From an uncultured bacterium (lineage in GTDB: Bacteria; CSSED10-310; CAZUFC01), in NCBI GenBank assembly GCA_964619725.1, contig CAZUFC010000077.1, positions 1-40,641 of the forward strand: a DNA stretch of 40,641 nucleotides. The letters are read 5' to 3'. A program made the translations under genes and the position numbers. The notes below the pieces were generated by a model that had not been told where the DNA came from, ran no database searches, and was given only the letters and a program-made list of their open reading frames with translations. Positions 37,411 to 40,641 of this stretch are shown here, piece by piece; the stretch's first letter is position 1; each line of letters opens with the position of its first letter.

Positions 37411-38943
37411 TTACTGTCCGATAACGACGACTCCATTTCTGGCGTTGACTGTCATTGGTTTTTCAATAACGAGCTGTTCGTCGTAGGAGCCTGCTTCGAC
37501 ATAGAGGTCGCTTCCGCTGATGACGGCGAAGACTCCTTTATGCACGGAGTTGAAGGGATTGGATAAGGTACCCAGTTCTTCTCCGGAGAAAGAGCCGTCG
37601 ACGTAAATGGGGTCAGTTGGTTGCAGGTAGGGCTGCAGTTTGGGCCAAACGACGTCGAACCTGCCGTAAACGGCGTCATTGCCTGTTTCGCAGTCCCAGT
37701 TAGCGCCTTGAAGCGAACCTCTGACGCGACCTTCCGAGTCGAAAACAGGAGAGCCTGAAGAACCCGGTTCCAGTTCTCCGTTGCCGTGCGGATTGTATAC
37801 GATGTATCCGATGGGCCACCAGTCCAGATCGCCGGTTTTCGTTCCGAAAGTTATTCTTTTGTATGTCCCTGCCGGGTGATGGATGCCTGTTGAAGCAGAA
37901 TCGTTGCTCCAATATCCGGCATCCCAACCCTGGTAATAGACGCCGCCGGGGATATCCGACCTCAAACCCACTAGAGAGGTATCTGTTGGGTTTTCGTGCA
38001 CCATACGAATAGCTCCTGCGGTTTGCGGGAGCGTCGCGGGGTCCGGGGGGGCTCCGTCGCATGTGGAGGACTGGAAGAACCAGGTGACGAGCAGGCTTTT
38101 TACGTTATGTTCTTCGATGCCGCAATGCCAGTTCGTCAACAGATAGGGCGTCCAGTCCGTAGGATTACGGTTCAACAAGCAACCCGTGCAGAAATATCCG
38201 TACGGATTGTTGATGTAGGATAACGCGCCGACTCCTGAAGCTGCAACAGCCCAAGCAGGATAACAGGTAACGTCCAGGTGGCAGGGGAGTTCCTTGCTTC
38301 CGGAATTGGGAAAGGGTAATCCCCTGTATTGATTCAGCAGGGCGTCGATGGTGATGTGGTTTTCAACCTGTCCAGGGTCCAGATCATCAGGAAGGTAATA
38401 TTCCAATTTTACCTCATTTGTATATAAAGTGGGGGTCCAGAAAGGAGCTCCTGATATTTTAAGTGAGTCGCCGAAAGGGCCGAAGGATTGATCTGGATTA
38501 AGAGCATCGTAAACAATCAATTCGCTTCCCGACGGCGGGTTCCAGGGCTTTATTCTAAGTCGAATTCCCACGGCTCCGGGAGCGATGAAAGCATAAGTCC
38601 ACAAATGTCCTTCTTTTCCCAATTGCGTCCATTTTCCGTCTTTCCCGGACCGGGGCTCGAATTCCTGAACTACTCCCATACGCAAGGGACCGAGTTTTTT
38701 TTGTTCCGCATCCTCCCGCAACAGTTCGTCGACGTCCAGATAAGATGTGACAACGATATTATCTTCCTGGAAGAGCTCAGACAGGTTCAGCGTTCGGGGC
38801 GTTTTGCGAGGGATGCCGATTGCGTCTTTTTTCGCTTCTGCCGCATCGGCGAAAGGCGCTCTCTCTTCGGCGTGAATGACGTCAGCGCTCGTACAGCAGA
38901 AGCAGTAAAATAGTAAGCTTAGCAATATGAACAGACACTTCAC
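37411..38943 (-). CDS. Secreted S1 serine protease, lysyl-endopeptidase-like, with propeptide and C-terminal ~65-aa module
   Basis: GTG 38943 with RBS AAGGAGG, 10 nt after the upstream stop; CTGCLLN, LTNWHC, DTSLV, GIHHP.G..KRI, EPGSSGSP. Confidence 0.88.
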   Translation of the reverse strand: MKCLFILLSLLFYCFCCTSADVIHAEERAPFADAAEAKKDAIGIPRKTPRTLNLSELFQEDNIVVTSYLDVDELLREDAEQKKLGPLRMGVVQEFEPRSGKDGKWTQLGKEGHLWTYAFIAPGAVGIRLRIKPWNPPSGSELIVYDALNPDQSFGPFGDSLKISGAPFWTPTLYTNEVKLEYYLPDDLDPGQVENHITIDALLNQYRGLPFPNSGSKELPCHLDVTCYPAWAVAASGVGALSYINNPYGYFCTGCLLNRNPTDWTPYLLTNWHCGIEEHNVKSLLVTWFFQSSTCDGAPPDPATLPQTAGAIRMVHENPTDTSLVGLRSDIPGGVYYQGWDAGYWSNDSASTGIHHPAGTYKRITFGTKTGDLDWWPIGYIVYNPHGNGELEPGSSGSPVFDSEGRVRGSLQGANWDCETGNDAVYGRFDVVWPKLQPYLQPTDPIYVDGSFSGEELGTLSNPFNSVHKGVFAVISGSDLYVEAGSYDEQLVIEKPMTVNARNGVVVIGQ

Positions 38944-38953
38944 GAGTTCCTCC

Positions 38954-40641
38954 TTACTGCAGCGATATGAATACCAGGGCGAGTCCCTGTCCGGAGTCAA
39001 TCCCGGACATGGCTTTTCCGATTACCGCTCCTTGAGATTTGTCGAAGTCGTTCGCTTTCATGGCATAACCTGTGGTAGGCGATGTCGTCAGAAAATCGCC
39101 GGCTTCGATGGAGCCGTAAGTCGCATCGACCAGGCAATAGACCCGGCCTGTGATGGCGATTTGCGTATCGCCTTCCAGTTTGTTTCTCTGCTGCAATGAT
39201 AATCCCGTCTTGACGCCGCCGGCCCCGCTGACCACTCCTATGACTTTTCTGTCATACGCCTTATCGCATCTCTTGAGGCGTCCCGGATGCTCCGTATCAA
39301 TGACCATGATGCTGCCGGGTTCGACCTTTTCGCCTTCAACAGCGTAAAAAGGTTCCGCTATATCGCTTCCTCCGTTTATCTGAAGGACTTCAACTTCTGT
39401 AACGTCGTTGCTTTTGACTCGAAACACGGGATGCCAGCCGCCCTGATAACTGTCGCAACGGAAAATATCGCCCTCTCCCAGATTGGAGGCAAGAAAAGTA
39501 ACGTCGTCCGAATCGTTTTTGCAATGCATTGCGATACCGTTGTTCGTATTAGTGTTTTCAACGTAACAGGCAGTTCCCGATGCTCCGGAGCCTGAACCGT
39601 AAATGCTTAAACTATGCGCTCCGGGATTCGTCGTTCCAATGCCGATATTGCCTGAGCCGTCCTTTATTACCGCACGGGTTCCCGCTTTGCTGTTGTAGTC
39701 GTACAGATACAGGTAATTGTTTGTTGTTGAATAAGATAACGACCATCTGGCGCTCCCGCTTTCCTCCAGTCTGATGGAGGGGCTTCCGGACAACGCGTTG
39801 ATAGCCAGTGAGGGGCTGGAGTCTGCCAGATGAAGAAGAGCGACAGGTGTGCTGGTTCCGATGCCTATCTTTCCATAAATATCAAAAGACATTTTGTCGG
39901 ACCATGAAGCTCCTTCGTCGATACTGCTGGAGAGATGCAGCTCTCCGCCGCTGTTCTGAAGCCTCCAGTCAAGATACGACGCTCCTGTTCGTTCCAGGAT
40001 AAGAGCGGCATCATCGGAAGAAGAAGAGGTAATTTTAAATGCCTGATCTCCTGAGCCGTATATTTCCAGTTTACCGTCAGGATTGGATGTTCCTATACCG
40101 ACTTTGTCCGAACTCGACGTAAGCCTTATGATAGACCCGTCATCCGTCCAGCCGCCCGAAGGTCCTTCCGGACCAGACGGGCCTCGAGAACCTGGCGGAC
40201 CGCTCGGACCTCTCGCTCCAGACGATCCTTCCGGTCCCGTCGGTCCACTCGGTCCTCTGGCGCCGGCTGAACCCTCCGGCCCCGTCGGACCCATGGGACC
40301 TGTGGCTCCCGTCAATCCGGCGGGATCGCCTACCCATTGACCAGCATCATCTATAACTTCTCCGTAATTTACTATACTGACGCTGTTGGGATGAATATCC
40401 TGCTTGTAGACATCATCGGCGTTCAACGCATAAGCCGCGCTCGTCAGCGGAAGGCGCGGCGACAATATTTCACCGTCAACAGCGATTTGCAGCCAGTATG
40501 TGCCGGTGAATCCCAGGTTTATATCATTTGTCGATCCTAAAACAACGTGAAAAAGGCCCTCATTCACTGAAATTCCTGTATGGAACTGTGTCTTTCCGGC
40601 AAGCGTGCTTAACAATCCCTGCCCGCCGTGGCTATCATTGG
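38954..40641 (-). CDS. Fibre/tail-spike-like protein with collagen-like segment, GIGT repeats and C-terminal autochaperone-like domain (5' end outside window)
   Basis: Frame open to the window edge; [26 protein letters not shown] repeats, GGSDIAEPF...[11 protein letters not shown]...GRV...GDFLTTS...IGKAM; paralog of 18673-20562. Confidence 0.8.
   Translation of the reverse strand, partial: NDSHGGQGLLSTLAGKTQFHTGISVNEGLFHVVLGSTNDINLGFTGTYWLQIAVDGEILSPRLPLTSAAYALNADDVYKQDIHPNSVSIVNYGEVIDDAGQWVGDPAGLTGATGPMGPTGPEGSAGARGPSGPTGPEGSSGARGPSGPPGSRGPSGPEGPSGGWTDDGSIIRLTSSSDKVGIGTSNPDGKLEIYGSGDQAFKITSSSSDDAALILERTGASYLDWRLQNSGGELHLSSSIDEGASWSDKMSFDIYGKIGIGTSTPVALLHLADSSPSLAINALSGSPSIRLEESGSARWSLSYSTTNNYLYLYDYNSKAGTRAVIKDGSGNIGIGTTNPGAHSLSIYGSGSGASGTACYVENTNTNNGIAMHCKNDSDDVTFLASNLGEGDIFRCDSYQGGWHPVFRVKSNDVTEVEVLQINGGSDIAEPFYAVEGEKVEPGSIMVIDTEHPGRLKRCDKAYDRKVIGVVSGAGGVKTGLSLQQRNKLEGDTQIAITGRVYCLVDATYGSIEAGDFLTTSPTTGYAMKANDFDKSQGAVIGKAMSGIDSGQGLALVFISLQ
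40157..40318 (-). repeat. Collagen-like Gly-X-Y repeat (18 triplets)
   Basis: [24 protein letters not shown] ... GPE GPS. Confidence 0.9.

Noticed and set aside
18673-40641. Diversity-generating retroelement acting on the fibre paralogs
   Set aside because: No reverse transcriptase and no near-identical repeat pair differing only at adenines

Overview
A 40.6-kb bacterial chromosomal window, probably from an uncultured diderm (it encodes a TolC-type outer-membrane factor, lipoproteins and many secreted proteins). Intact genes: an orphan membrane sensor histidine kinase, a DNRLRE-domain secreted protein with a distinctive C-terminal module, a czcCBA-like heavy-metal RND operon with a His-rich adaptor and a small Cys/His upstream gene, a SAM methyltransferase, a GNAT, a TPR-S41 peptidase, a TPR-SNF2 helicase with a YqhG-like partner, a tandem transglutaminase-like pair, a DUF4097 lipoprotein, a B12-binding radical SAM enzyme and a GT39-like glycosyltransferase. 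The most notable pattern occurs twice: a fibre/tail-spike-like gene with a C-terminal autochaperone-like domain is followed by a secreted protease (C10 in one locus, S1 lysyl-endopeptidase-like in the other), and the two unrelated proteases end in the same ~65-aa module. Intergenic DNA is crowded with about five families of short non-autonomous elements. Several have clear terminal inverted repeats (TIRs) and target-site duplications (TSDs), one is nested in another, and one interrupts a C25 peptidase remnant. Five pseudogenes are evident. I found no rRNA, tRNA, CRISPR array or transposase. All family assignments come from motif recognition by eye, not database searches.
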